Shown piece after piece: positions 48,886 through 48,888 of a stretch of 48,888 nt of DNA. Below the pieces are notes generated by a model. That model was not told the DNA's origin. It did not search any database and was given only the letters and a program-made list of their open reading frames with translations. The stretch comes from Nemertoderma westbladi (taxonomy: Eukaryota; Animalia; Xenacoelomorpha). The first letter of the stretch is position 1. Every line of letters begins with the position of its first letter. The stretch covers positions 1-48,888 of the forward strand of contig JAUCBJ010005292.1 in the NCBI GenBank assembly GCA_032718475.1, given 5' to 3'. The translations under genes and the position numbers were made by a program.

Positions 48886-48888
48886 CAA

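Overview
AT-rich, transposon-saturated eukaryotic genomic DNA, most likely from a small invertebrate. The window ends in a library-adapter dimer. The main host gene is a complete five-exon ribose-5-phosphate isomerase A (RPIA, + strand, 21286-31380, 257 aa), most of whose exons are missed by the ORF track. A diverged upstream partial duplicate carries pseudogenised exons 1-2 (14361-15534). An intronless secreted mucin/cystine-knot gene sits antisense in RPIA intron 3, and an intronless Ly6/uPAR-like membrane protein gene lies at 7946-8515. The rest is LINEs (RTE x3, RTEX-like, L2, CR1-like fragments), a Penelope fragment, a Bel-Pao fragment, several TIR elements with readable TSDs and Helitron/Helentron-like repeats. 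The two most unusual signals are (i) tandem amplification of the RPIA exon/5'-splice-site junctions (about 65 x 39 bp at exon 3, 5 x 59 bp at exon 4, micro-duplications at exons 1 and 2) and (ii) pervasive TA-anchored micro-insertions that look like DNA-transposon excision footprints. All family assignments come from motif recognition by eye, not database searches.
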